From NCBI GenBank assembly GCA_016191015.1, contig JACPPM010000238.1:1-63723 (forward strand): a stretch of DNA of 63,723 nt. Direction: 5' to 3'. This document shows positions 8,629-17,721 of the stretch, in pieces (the first letter of the stretch is position 1; every line of letters starts with the position of its first letter). The position numbers were made by a program, and so were the translations under genes. Source of the stretch: Acidobacteriota bacterium (GTDB taxonomy: Bacteria > Acidobacteriota > CAIWXX01). The notes below the pieces were generated by a model. It did no database searches and was not told where the DNA came from. It worked only from the letters and a program-made list of their open reading frames with translations.

Positions 8629-10376
8629 TGCCAGGAAAACCGTCCGTGCCGACCATTCGCACTCTGCTCGATTTTATGGTCGAGCAGGGGTTGATCGGGC
8701 GTGGTGATGCCGAGCGGGTGCAGCGCGAGGATCGCGAGCATGGCGGAGGAGCCATCTTCAACCTGCTCAAGCTGAAGCTCGCCACCGCTCCCAAGCTCTT
8801 TGCGTTCGTCGAAGAGAACATGGGCCTCCTCTACTCCCTCCCCGAGGATTCGCCACCCGATCCGACGCTCCTCGATCTCATTCCTCCGAACATAGCGCAC
8901 TTTTACAAGATCGTACCGCTGAGCCTCGAGGGCAATACCCTCACCCTCGCTGCCTCCGCCGTGAGCTCCTCCCAACTCCTCCCTGCCATCGAGGAGATTA
9001 CGGGGTACAAGGTGAAGGTGATGATCACGCACCCGGCAGCGCTGAACCGTGCGCTCGACAGCTACTACGGCGCCCGCCTGGAGGCTGGTGTGGTCGACGC
9101 CACTTCGGGAGAGCGCATTTTCGTCCTGAAGGACGAGGACAAGCAGGTCCGTCCCGTCACGCTCCACATGCTCAACGAGAGCTCGGCGCCCGCCGACTGG
9201 CTGCGGACGATTCTGGCGGAAGCCGTGATGAAGCGGAGCCGTCACATCCATTTCAGGCAACACGGCGACGATGTCCATGTCTCCTTCGTGAAGGAGGGCG
9301 AGGCGTACGTCGAGTTCAAGCTCGTGCCTGCGCTGTTTCAGTCCATCGCTACCTTCATCGACTACCTCACGGGCCTGGGGGGCGCCGAGTTGCAGTCGCC
9401 GCAGGAGAAGCGGGTCAAGATCAAGATCAACGAGCGGATGATCAACCTTCAGATCAGCTCAGTGCCCCTCGAGTCCGGCCGGAGTCTCACGTTCGAGCTC
9501 TATGACGACAAGAGCTTCGAGGGGTTCTTTCAGAATCTTTTCGATGCGCGCCACGGGGAAGAGGAGTTCGTCCGGAATCTGATGCGCGAACGCAAGGGGA
9601 TGGTCCTGATCTCCGCCTCGCCCACCGCCCAGAAGAAGCTTGTCCTCTACTCGCTGCTGCGCGAAACGCTCCGCACGACACAATCGGTCTTCACGTTGGA
9701 GGAATCGGTATTTTACACGATGCCCGGGGTTCAGCAGGTCTCCACAGGTATCGCCGGCACCAAGGCCTTTTCGCGGATGCTGGAAGCCGCTCTGCGCCAG
9801 CGGCCCGAGGTCCTTGCGATCGAGACGGTGCGAGAGGCGGCGGCGATGGAGATGGTGCTGCTGAGCTGCAGCCGGTGCCTGGTCGTCTCTGTCTACACAT
9901 CTCCCGATCTGTTCGCGACACTGCGCTGGCTCGCGGATAACGGCTTCAGGTCGGCGCTACGGGCGCGGATCATCCCGGCGATCATTCAAGCGACGACTGT
10001 CGACCGCCTGTGCAAATACTGCCGGAAGGAGTGCAGGCTGGACGAGAACGAGTTGTCCAGATACGGGATGGAGGAGCACCGCGAGACCATTTTCTATTCG
10101 AACAGTGGATGCCCGTTTTGCAAGGGTGCCGGGATCCTTCACGAAGAGCCTCTCTGTGCAGTGACGCCGATCGACGATGAGCTTGTGGCACTGCTTGACC
10201 AACCGGCTCCCCGCCAAGCCATCTTGACCCGCCGGCGATTGAGCGCGCGTGCCGGAGCGCAGAGCGCGCAGAGCGCGCCGAGCTTCCCGACTCTCCTCCA
10301 AAAGGGACTGGCGCTGGCGGCGGCAGGCAAAGCAGATGTGCTGGACGTGCTCAGGAAGTGTGCGTTCCTCGCCTAA
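8625..10376 (+). CDS. GspE/PilB-family protein with degenerate ATPase motifs
   Basis: GspE N-domain (IPPNIAHFYKIVPL), tetracysteine CKYC...CPFC; Walker A reads ASPTAQKK. Confidence 0.75.
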   Translation: MMPGKPSVPTIRTLLDFMVEQGLIGRGDAERVQREDREHGGGAIFNLLKLKLATAPKLFAFVEENMGLLYSLPEDSPPDPTLLDLIPPNIAHFYKIVPLSLEGNTLTLAASAVSSSQLLPAIEEITGYKVKVMITHPAALNRALDSYYGARLEAGVVDATSGERIFVLKDEDKQVRPVTLHMLNESSAPADWLRTILAEAVMKRSRHIHFRQHGDDVHVSFVKEGEAYVEFKLVPALFQSIATFIDYLTGLGGAELQSPQEKRVKIKINERMINLQISSVPLESGRSLTFELYDDKSFEGFFQNLFDARHGEEEFVRNLMRERKGMVLISASPTAQKKLVLYSLLRETLRTTQSVFTLEESVFYTMPGVQQVSTGIAGTKAFSRMLEAALRQRPEVLAIETVREAAAMEMVLLSCSRCLVVSVYTSPDLFATLRWLADNGFRSALRARIIPAIIQATTVDRLCKYCRKECRLDENELSRYGMEEHRETIFYSNSGCPFCKGAGILHEEPLCAVTPIDDELVALLDQPAPRQAILTRRRLSARAGAQSAQSAPSFPTLLQKGLALAAAGKADVLDVLRKCAFLA

Positions 10377-10696
10377 GTCAGAGTTCAAAGCTTAAAGTTC
10401 AAAGTTCAAAGTTGGACGGGCTTGGGGGAGGCGTAGGCACGCGATCACGCACGAGAGCTCGAAATCCCGTGGATCGAGACCGAGAGCTGTTTCCGAGGCG
10501 GGGCGGCCGCTCTTGAGGTCGCAGACTGCACCCACTCCCGTTCCTACGAGGCACCAAGCGCTCACTAGTTTTCACAAGGCATGATGAAGAAGGACGAACA
10601 GGGTCTTGAGACATGTGGCCTGGGTCCCCTCCCCCGTTGCGGGTGGCGGCGACGACCGCTTCGGTTGCGGCTGGTCCGCATCGGGAACTTTGAACC

Positions 10697-12235
10697 TTGA
10701 GCTCGATGCGCTCCTCTCCCCTGCTCCGCTCCCTTGCCATGGGCGCCGCATCGGGGTTGCTGATGCTGCTCTCGATGCCACCGTTTCGGACCGGCTTGGT
10801 TGCGTGGGTCTGCCTTGTCCCGCTCCTGTTCGCGGTCCAGATCTCGCGCTCCGGATGGCAGGCGTTTCTCGGCGGCTGGACGTGCGGTCTGGTTTTTTTC
10901 GGCGGCTGCGTTTACTGGACGTCGCTGGTCATGACCATGTACGGCGGCTTGTCGCGGCCGGTCGCGTGGGCGGTCACGGGGCTGTTCGTTGCCTATCTCT
11001 CGTTGTTCCCTGCCGTCTTCGCGTGGGCGGGCTCCAGAGTGAGGGTTGGATTCCAGGCGGCGTGGCTGCCTCTGAGTCCGCTCATCTGGGTGGCCTGTGA
11101 GTACTTGAGGACGACACTTTTCACGGGCTTCCCCTGGTGCCTTCTCGGCTACAGCCAGCACGATCTTCTTGCGGCGGCGCAGGTTGCGAGTATCGGCGGG
11201 ATCTACGCGGTCTCGGCGGTCGTGGCGTTAGGCTCGGTCGTCGTAGTCACGGCGATGACTCGCCGTCAGACCTTGACGCTCGCGCTTGCCGGAATCGTGG
11301 TGGGGACAATTGCATGGGGCCGGTACGAGATGTCGCGGTATCCTGAACCGGGCCGTACTCTTCGTGTGGGGCTGGTCCAGCCTTGTACACCACCGATCAT
11401 CAGCCGGTCCGACGAAAGCGAGGCGGCGATGCGGCAGCATCTCGCTCTGACGGCTCGCCTCCACGACGTTGATCTCGTTGTCTGGCCCGAGAACTCACTG
11501 CTCCGCAACGTGTCCGAATTCGACTATTTCCGTGAGCGGCTGGTAAGGGCGTCGGCGCGGGCAGGAGCGCCAATATTGGTGAATTCGATCGAAGACACCG
11601 GCTGGGAGGTTTTCAACAGCACCGTGCTCGTCACTCCTGCGCAGCCGAAGTTCCCCCGGTACGACAAGATACATCTCGTCCCTTTCGGCGAGTACGTCCC
11701 ACTGCGAAAAGCGCTCTTCTTTGCGGGGAAGATCTTGAACGAAGTCTCGGATTTTTCGCCGGGCAGGAAGCGGGTCATCTTCGACGCAGCCGGAGTGCGG
11801 GTGGCATCGGCCATCTGCTACGAGATTATCTATCCTGGCGAGGTGGTGGCGTTCGTCCGAGGCGGCGCTGAGCTCCTCGTGACACAGTCCAACGATTCTT
11901 GGTACGGCAACACGGGGATGCCGCACCAGCACCAGGCGATGGCCGCATTCCGATCCATCGAGAATCGCCGGTACCTCGTGCGGGCCACCAACTCCGGGAT
12001 CTCGAGCGTGGTCGATGCGGCGGGCCGCACCATAGTCGCCACCGCCCTCGGCGACGTGACGGCGGTGGCAGCCGAGGTGCGTCCATCTTCCCGATTGACA
12101 CTCTACGCGCGGTCGCACGATCTTCTCGCACGCGCATGTGTGCTTCTCTCGGGGCTCCTCCTCGGGGCGACGGTGGCCCGTCGAGCCGGTCGGGAGATCG
12201 AGCCCAGTCACATCATCTCGGGTGGGTCCGGATGA
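10697..12235 (+). CDS. lnt: Apolipoprotein N-acyltransferase
   Basis: TGFPW.LLGYSQ, VVWPEN, YDKIHLVPFGEYVP, ICYEIIYP, SNDSWY, RATNSGIS. Confidence 0.95.
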   Translation: MSSMRSSPLLRSLAMGAASGLLMLLSMPPFRTGLVAWVCLVPLLFAVQISRSGWQAFLGGWTCGLVFFGGCVYWTSLVMTMYGGLSRPVAWAVTGLFVAYLSLFPAVFAWAGSRVRVGFQAAWLPLSPLIWVACEYLRTTLFTGFPWCLLGYSQHDLLAAAQVASIGGIYAVSAVVALGSVVVVTAMTRRQTLTLALAGIVVGTIAWGRYEMSRYPEPGRTLRVGLVQPCTPPIISRSDESEAAMRQHLALTARLHDVDLVVWPENSLLRNVSEFDYFRERLVRASARAGAPILVNSIEDTGWEVFNSTVLVTPAQPKFPRYDKIHLVPFGEYVPLRKALFFAGKILNEVSDFSPGRKRVIFDAAGVRVASAICYEIIYPGEVVAFVRGGAELLVTQSNDSWYGNTGMPHQHQAMAAFRSIENRRYLVRATNSGISSVVDAAGRTIVATALGDVTAVAAEVRPSSRLTLYARSHDLLARACVLLSGLLLGATVARRAGREIEPSHIISGGSG

Positions 12236-12312
12236 GGTACGGCATCAGCCGCGGACGGAGAGCGCCGACTCCCATTCCTCAGCTCTCGCCCCCCGACGCG
12301 GCGCAGCCGCGC

Positions 12313-12463
12313 GTGAGAGCGATCTTCCGAGCCACTCTGATCCGTCCGAGGCGACTGCGCCGATCCTGCACTCCTCTCCTCCTGCTTTCCTTAGAGGGAT
12401 CGGGAGGATTCAGCATTCTCAAGTATCTTGCCATTCCGTGTCAGCACTCCACTTCTTAGACAC
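12313..12463 (-). repeat. Family D element copy
   Basis: Reverse complement aligns with 7650-7799. Confidence 0.7.
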
Positions 12464-12469
12464 CAGAGA

Positions 12470-15031
12470 CTACTTCTCGTCCGTGTTGCTGCTGTACTCC
12501 GGATAGTGTTTCTCGAAACACTCCGGGCAGATACTGTGGCTGAACTCAGCTTCCGACCGATCCCGGATGTAGGTCTCGATCTGCTTCCAGTACCCGGCGT
12601 CATCGCGGACCTTCTTGCAGTGAGCGCAGATCGGGAGCAGGCCCCGCAGGATCTTCATATTCGCGACGGCTTCGTCGATCCCCCGCTGCAGTGCATCAGC
12701 CCGCAGGCGAAGCTGTCGAGTGCGGAGGCGAACGACGCCGAGGACAGCGAGGAACGCAAGGAGAGCTCCCCCGATCTGCGCCCATCTGGTCTCCCAGAGA
12801 TGGCGTGCAACGATTACCTTGAGGTGGATGGGCGGAGACCAGCCAAACTCTCCGGATCCCTCGAGTCGCGCACTGACATCGACACTCCATTCGCCGGCAC
12901 CCATGTTCTCCAATGTCATCTCTCGTGCCGCCCCGGGGGGTGACCATTCAGGCCGGAGCCTCAGCACGCGCGTCCGGTATTCGACCGGAACCAGACCCAG
13001 CCACGGAGCGGCCCACGCCAGGCGCAGCCGTCTCTGATCGGCCGCGAGGTGAGCGGCGCCATCGGGTTGCAGCGGCGGCAACTCCTGCCATTGGCACCTC
13101 AGTGGAGGCGCGGGCAGTCCTGTGATTCCCGGATCGAACCTCGCAAGCGAAGCCATGGTCCCAACCAGGACCGAGTCGTCGCGGGCCACGAGAAGGCCGC
13201 CCAGGTTGCATTCGTCTTCGATCAAGCCGGATCGGGCATCGTAAACTTTCCAACGCCCGCCACGATAGTGTCCGACCCCGGCGGAGCCGCCGGCCCAGAT
13301 TGATCCGTCTCTGGCCCGGCCGAGCGAGTAGATTGTCTGTCCGGGTATTCCATCCGCGCCGGTCAAGAGGCGCCACGTTCCGTCTCGCAGCGTCCCAATC
13401 CCGCCCATTCCTCCCACCCATATTTCGCCATCACCGGCATCGATCACACAGTTCGGCGACTGTGGAAGACCCGGTGTCGCCTCCGCCATGTGCTGTTCGA
13501 TTCCACCCGCGCGGACAATCGCGAGGCTCCGCACAGTGGCGATCCACATCTCATCCTGGTTGATCCAGGTCATCCCGCGAATATTCTTTTCGGCGAGCTG
13601 AGCGTTGATCGCATCGGCGGGCACCCACCCAGCTCCCTCGTTCACCAGGATCCCCTGGTGTGATGTCCCGGCGTACCATATGCCGCCGGGGGACTTGCAG
13701 AATGTCGTGATGAAGCCCGCGGGGAGATTCACAACTTTTCTGAATTTCTCCCCGTGACGCGATTCGTAGAGCCCGAACCTGCATCCGACCCACATCAGTC
13801 CGGGCTCGGGTTCCACGACGCAACGGACGTCATCGATGAGTCCCTCCTCTCGCCCGTAGTGGGACATTTTCTGCCCGTCCCAGTGCAGGATTCCCATGCC
13901 GAAGACGGCAGCCAGGAATCCACTTTCAGAGGTCTCGACGATACCGAAGACTGACGTCCGTTGAGGCACATCCGGAGTGGCCGGCCAGGCGGTGAGATGA
14001 GACCATTCTTCGCCGTGCCACTGTTGCAGGCCATAGCCGTTGAGACCGAACCAGATTGTTCCCTCACGATCGGCGAGAATGCAGAGGACGCTGGAGGGCC
14101 GCAGGCCGTTTCGCGGACCCCACTGGGTCCACACACCTGTTTCGCGGCCGAAGCAGACGAACCCGCCGCGTCCCGCCGCCCAGACCCTCCTGCGGCGATC
14201 TGCTGTGAGACATCGGATCAGACCGAATTCCCGCCCGGGGTTCGAGACCGAGGTCCATTCGACCGCCGGGGGGGCCGACATGCAGATCTCTCCCTCCTGT
14301 GTTCCGATCCAGCAATCCCCGCGGTCGGTCACCAGGAGGGCTGTGATCGGGGCTGGTCGGGAACCGCCTCCTGCCACCGGTGCGATCCGCGCTCCGTCGA
14401 TCCGCACGACACCATTCCTGCAGGCTACCCAGATGGACGGACTGCCGCGCCGAGATGCAACCGCGACGGCCGGACCGGGCAAGGAAGCCGCGCTCACAGG
14501 CTGCTCCCAGCCGGTTCTCATCGGTGACAGGCAGCGGAAGAGGCCCCCCTCCTGATCCACCATCCAGAGATGTCCCTCGGATGTCTCGGCGAGAGACGCC
14601 GCTCCAACCCCGGTCTTGAGGAACCTCCACCGCGTCAGATCGTATGTGAACACTCCCGGTGTTCCTCCAAGGTAGACACCGCCCCCACGCCGAGGCACCG
14701 CGGAGTAGAGGGCGCCAAAGGCGGGCAACCCGGACGGAGACGGTACTGTTGTGATCGCCGTTCCGTCGAACGTGGCGGCGCCGTCGAGTGTCGCGATCCA
14801 GAGCACTCCCTCCTCGTCTTGCGCGAGGCTCATCACGGTCGACTGCGGAAGCCCGCGGTCCGTGCGCCGTTGAAACGAGCGGAAGGCACGGACTGGGGTC
14901 GGGCTCGGGTTCTCGTCCGAAGCCAGCAAGACGCCATGGCTCGCAAGGAAAGCGAGGCAGCAGATAATTCGGGCGAAAAACATAAGCAAGAATATGAACC
15001 CGCCGATAAAAAATGCCATTCGGATCTGCAA
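12470..15031 (-). CDS. Extracellular beta-propeller (two-component regulator propeller/Y_Y_Y-like) sensor with a small C-terminal Cys/His domain
   Basis: Repeated GLP...V..LAQD.EG.LWIAT blades, TM near the C-terminus, tail LPICAHCKKVRDD.GYW...FSHSICPEC. Confidence 0.82.
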   Translation of the reverse strand: MQIRMAFFIGGFIFLLMFFARIICCLAFLASHGVLLASDENPSPTPVRAFRSFQRRTDRGLPQSTVMSLAQDEEGVLWIATLDGAATFDGTAITTVPSPSGLPAFGALYSAVPRRGGGVYLGGTPGVFTYDLTRWRFLKTGVGAASLAETSEGHLWMVDQEGGLFRCLSPMRTGWEQPVSAASLPGPAVAVASRRGSPSIWVACRNGVVRIDGARIAPVAGGGSRPAPITALLVTDRGDCWIGTQEGEICMSAPPAVEWTSVSNPGREFGLIRCLTADRRRRVWAAGRGGFVCFGRETGVWTQWGPRNGLRPSSVLCILADREGTIWFGLNGYGLQQWHGEEWSHLTAWPATPDVPQRTSVFGIVETSESGFLAAVFGMGILHWDGQKMSHYGREEGLIDDVRCVVEPEPGLMWVGCRFGLYESRHGEKFRKVVNLPAGFITTFCKSPGGIWYAGTSHQGILVNEGAGWVPADAINAQLAEKNIRGMTWINQDEMWIATVRSLAIVRAGGIEQHMAEATPGLPQSPNCVIDAGDGEIWVGGMGGIGTLRDGTWRLLTGADGIPGQTIYSLGRARDGSIWAGGSAGVGHYRGGRWKVYDARSGLIEDECNLGGLLVARDDSVLVGTMASLARFDPGITGLPAPPLRCQWQELPPLQPDGAAHLAADQRRLRLAWAAPWLGLVPVEYRTRVLRLRPEWSPPGAAREMTLENMGAGEWSVDVSARLEGSGEFGWSPPIHLKVIVARHLWETRWAQIGGALLAFLAVLGVVRLRTRQLRLRADALQRGIDEAVANMKILRGLLPICAHCKKVRDDAGYWKQIETYIRDRSEAEFSHSICPECFEKHYPEYSSNTDEK

Positions 15032-15669
15032 ATGTCAAATGAACGGCGGATCCCCAAATCCGCGGCTAGGCCGCGGATTTGGGCAATTCAAAATTCAAAA
15101 TTAAGAAACCGGAAACTGTTCGGTCAATCGTCGGGCGCGGCGTGCTCGTGTCGCTGATGAAAGCCGCCCCACACACGAGTCAACAATTCAGGCATCTCTT
15201 GACAGAAAGAGATCTCGACCGCTTCGGTGCCACGACGAGCGTTGCATCTGCGCTAGGCCCGTCACCCAGGCTTCCCCCGCTCTTGCATTTTTGATTCCTG
15301 AATCCGCGCGGCGGAGACGCAGCCTGATCGGTTGCGGCTCCGCCGCGTTGGGGAGCGCGAGAGAGACCGCAGAACGCAGTGTCTAGCGGAACCGAGCTTC
15401 GTGTTTCGCGGAGCCGCAACGCACGCTGGCGTTGGACATACCCTCCCTGGGCATGGAGATCGGGGGTCGGGATAGGTGAAGCGTTTGGAATCTGGTTTCG
15501 ATCTTGCCCAGGGCCAGCTTTGACAACTCCGGCCGAAAACCCTATGTTCAACAAATGCTCCAGGCTCAGCTTGCCGAGGATTTCCCCCCCCTCGCCCCGC
15601 GGAGCGCCTTCATTACGATCCGCAGGTCTGTTGAGATCGTAACCGAGAGCGATGACAGGTGGGTAGAGC

Positions 15670-16575
15670 GTGAGTGAGTCGGTCATCGAGGTATCGGATC
15701 TGACGCGCCGCTTCGGTGCCAAAACAGCCCTGGCCTCGGTGAGCTTGTCCATGCCGCGCGGGGCGGTGTACGGCCTCGTCGGCGCAAACGGGGCGGGCAA
15801 GACGACGCTGATCAAGCATCTTCTGGGCCTGCTACGGGCGGAGAGCGGCTCGGTGCGCGTCTTCGGCCTCGATCCCGTTGCCGATCCGGTCAGCGTCCTG
15901 TCGCGCATCGGCTACCTCTCCGAGGAAAACGACATCCCCGGCTGGATGCGCGTTGACGAGCGCATTCGCTACTCGCGCGCCTTCTATCCCGGTTGGGACG
16001 ATGTGTACGCGGAGGAGCCACGGCACACGTTCGGCCTCGACCCCATGGTGAAAATCAGGAACCTATCGAAGGGGCAGATGGCGCGGGCGGGGTTGCTCAT
16101 CGCACTGGCGCATCGCCCCGAGCTGCTCGTGCTGGATGAGCCCTCGTCCGGCCTCGATCCCATCGTTCGCCGCGACATGCTCGGCGCCGTGATTCGCACG
16201 ATCGCCCACGAAGGGCGGACAGTGCTCTTTTCGTCACACCTCGTGGGGGAGGTGGAGCAGGTCGCCGATCATGTCACGATGATCAGCCGCGGCCGCATCG
16301 CTCGGAGTGCGCCGCCGGAGGTCATCAGGGAATCTCACCGCTGCGTCACCGTCCGTTTCCCGGAGCCGCGGCATCGGCCCCCGACCGTAGCGGGCGTGAT
16401 GCGGTGGGAAAGTCAAGATCAGGAATGGACTGCTGTGGCTCGCGGCGGGTCGGGTGAGCTCGAAGTCGCCGTGGCCGGCTGGAAAGCGCGGATCGTCGCC
16501 GAGCGCTTCCCTTCCCTCGACGAGGTGTTCGTCGCCCACGCCGGGGAAGCCGCGGCGCCGGCTGAGGACGTGTAG
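15670..16575 (+). CDS. ABC transporter ATP-binding protein (ABC-2/YtrB-like)
   Basis: GANGAGKTT, LSKGQ, LLVLDEP, SSH. Confidence 0.92.
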   Translation: MSESVIEVSDLTRRFGAKTALASVSLSMPRGAVYGLVGANGAGKTTLIKHLLGLLRAESGSVRVFGLDPVADPVSVLSRIGYLSEENDIPGWMRVDERIRYSRAFYPGWDDVYAEEPRHTFGLDPMVKIRNLSKGQMARAGLLIALAHRPELLVLDEPSSGLDPIVRRDMLGAVIRTIAHEGRTVLFSSHLVGEVEQVADHVTMISRGRIARSAPPEVIRESHRCVTVRFPEPRHRPPTVAGVMRWESQDQEWTAVARGGSGELEVAVAGWKARIVAERFPSLDEVFVAHAGEAAAPAEDV

Positions 16576-16578
16576 TCC

Positions 16579-17709
16579 TTGCGCTCGCCCGCTGCCCCAT
16601 TCGCCTGGGAGTTTCGGCGGCGGCATCGCTGGGGACTGGCCGCTCTGACCCTCTACCTGGCCGTTCTCGGCACGCTCAGGCTTCTGGTTCTCGAGCCGGG
16701 AGAGCGTGTCACCCTCGATCACGACTGGAGTTTTGCGCTCGTGGTGGTCGTGCCCCTGGGCTCGACATTCATGTATTTCCTGGCGGTGTTCAGCTTCGGC
16801 CATGCAGGTGACCTGGCTGCACGCCATTCGATCTATCCCGCCCGAATGTTCACTCTTCCGCTGACGAACGCCGCGCTGGCGGGGTGGCCGATGTTGTATG
16901 GCTCGGCGGCGATGACGGTGCTGTGGCTGGTAACGAGGCTTCTCGCGGTGTGGCCGTCCGGAGTCGACATACCGGTCGTCTGGCCGGCGCTGCAGAGGGA
17001 CATCAGCGGGTGGAACCGGCTGGCCGATCGCCACGGGTTCATCGTGGTGTACCCGTCGGGTCTCGACGTTGGGGGCATAAGAGACTGGCGTGCGATACGC
17101 CCGGGGAAGGGTCTCACGAAGGATGTCCGATTCATCTCGGACCTGATCGACGACCTGGAGAAGGCCTACAACATCGACCCGACGAGGATTTACACCAACG
17201 GGCTCTCTAATGGCGGGGGCATGGCGTTCGTTCTCTCGTGCACGCTGTCCGGTCGCATCGCGGCGGTCGGAATGGTGGCGGCTGCGCACTACCTGCCGTG
17301 GAGCTGGAGCACAGACCACCGACCGGTGCCGATGATCTCCTTTCATGGGACAGCCGATTCCATTGCTCTGTACGAGGGCGGCACGTCGTGGTTGGGGCCG
17401 GAGCCGTCAGCGGACGTTTCGGAGCGGGCCGCGAACTGGGCTCGGCGGAATCGGTGCGGGCCCGACACCGTCGAATCGATGGTGGCAGCCGAGGTCACCC
17501 CCCGGGACTACGTAGACTGCGCTGGCGACGCGGCCGTCGTGCTGTTCACGATTCACGGCGGAGGCCATACGTGGCCTGGCGGCGGGCCCTTACCGGAGTG
17601 GTTCCTCGGACCCACGAGCAGCAGCGTCGACGCGACGCGTCAGATGTGGACATTCTTTCGTGAGCATCGGCTTCGGGAGGCGCAGAGTGCGGCGCGGGCG
17701 GCTCAATAG
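16579..17709 (+). CDS. Chimeric ORF: N-terminal ABC permease fragment fused to an N-truncated PHB-depolymerase/LpqC-type esterase
   Basis: TM helices up to VVWPAL, then QRDISGWNRLAD...VVYP...GLSNGG...FHGTAD...GGGHTWPGG. Confidence 0.65.
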   Translation: MRSPAAPFAWEFRRRHRWGLAALTLYLAVLGTLRLLVLEPGERVTLDHDWSFALVVVVPLGSTFMYFLAVFSFGHAGDLAARHSIYPARMFTLPLTNAALAGWPMLYGSAAMTVLWLVTRLLAVWPSGVDIPVVWPALQRDISGWNRLADRHGFIVVYPSGLDVGGIRDWRAIRPGKGLTKDVRFISDLIDDLEKAYNIDPTRIYTNGLSNGGGMAFVLSCTLSGRIAAVGMVAAAHYLPWSWSTDHRPVPMISFHGTADSIALYEGGTSWLGPEPSADVSERAANWARRNRCGPDTVESMVAAEVTPRDYVDCAGDAAVVLFTIHGGGHTWPGGGPLPEWFLGPTSSSVDATRQMWTFFREHRLREAQSAARAAQ

Positions 17710-17721
17710 CCTGGTCGGAGC

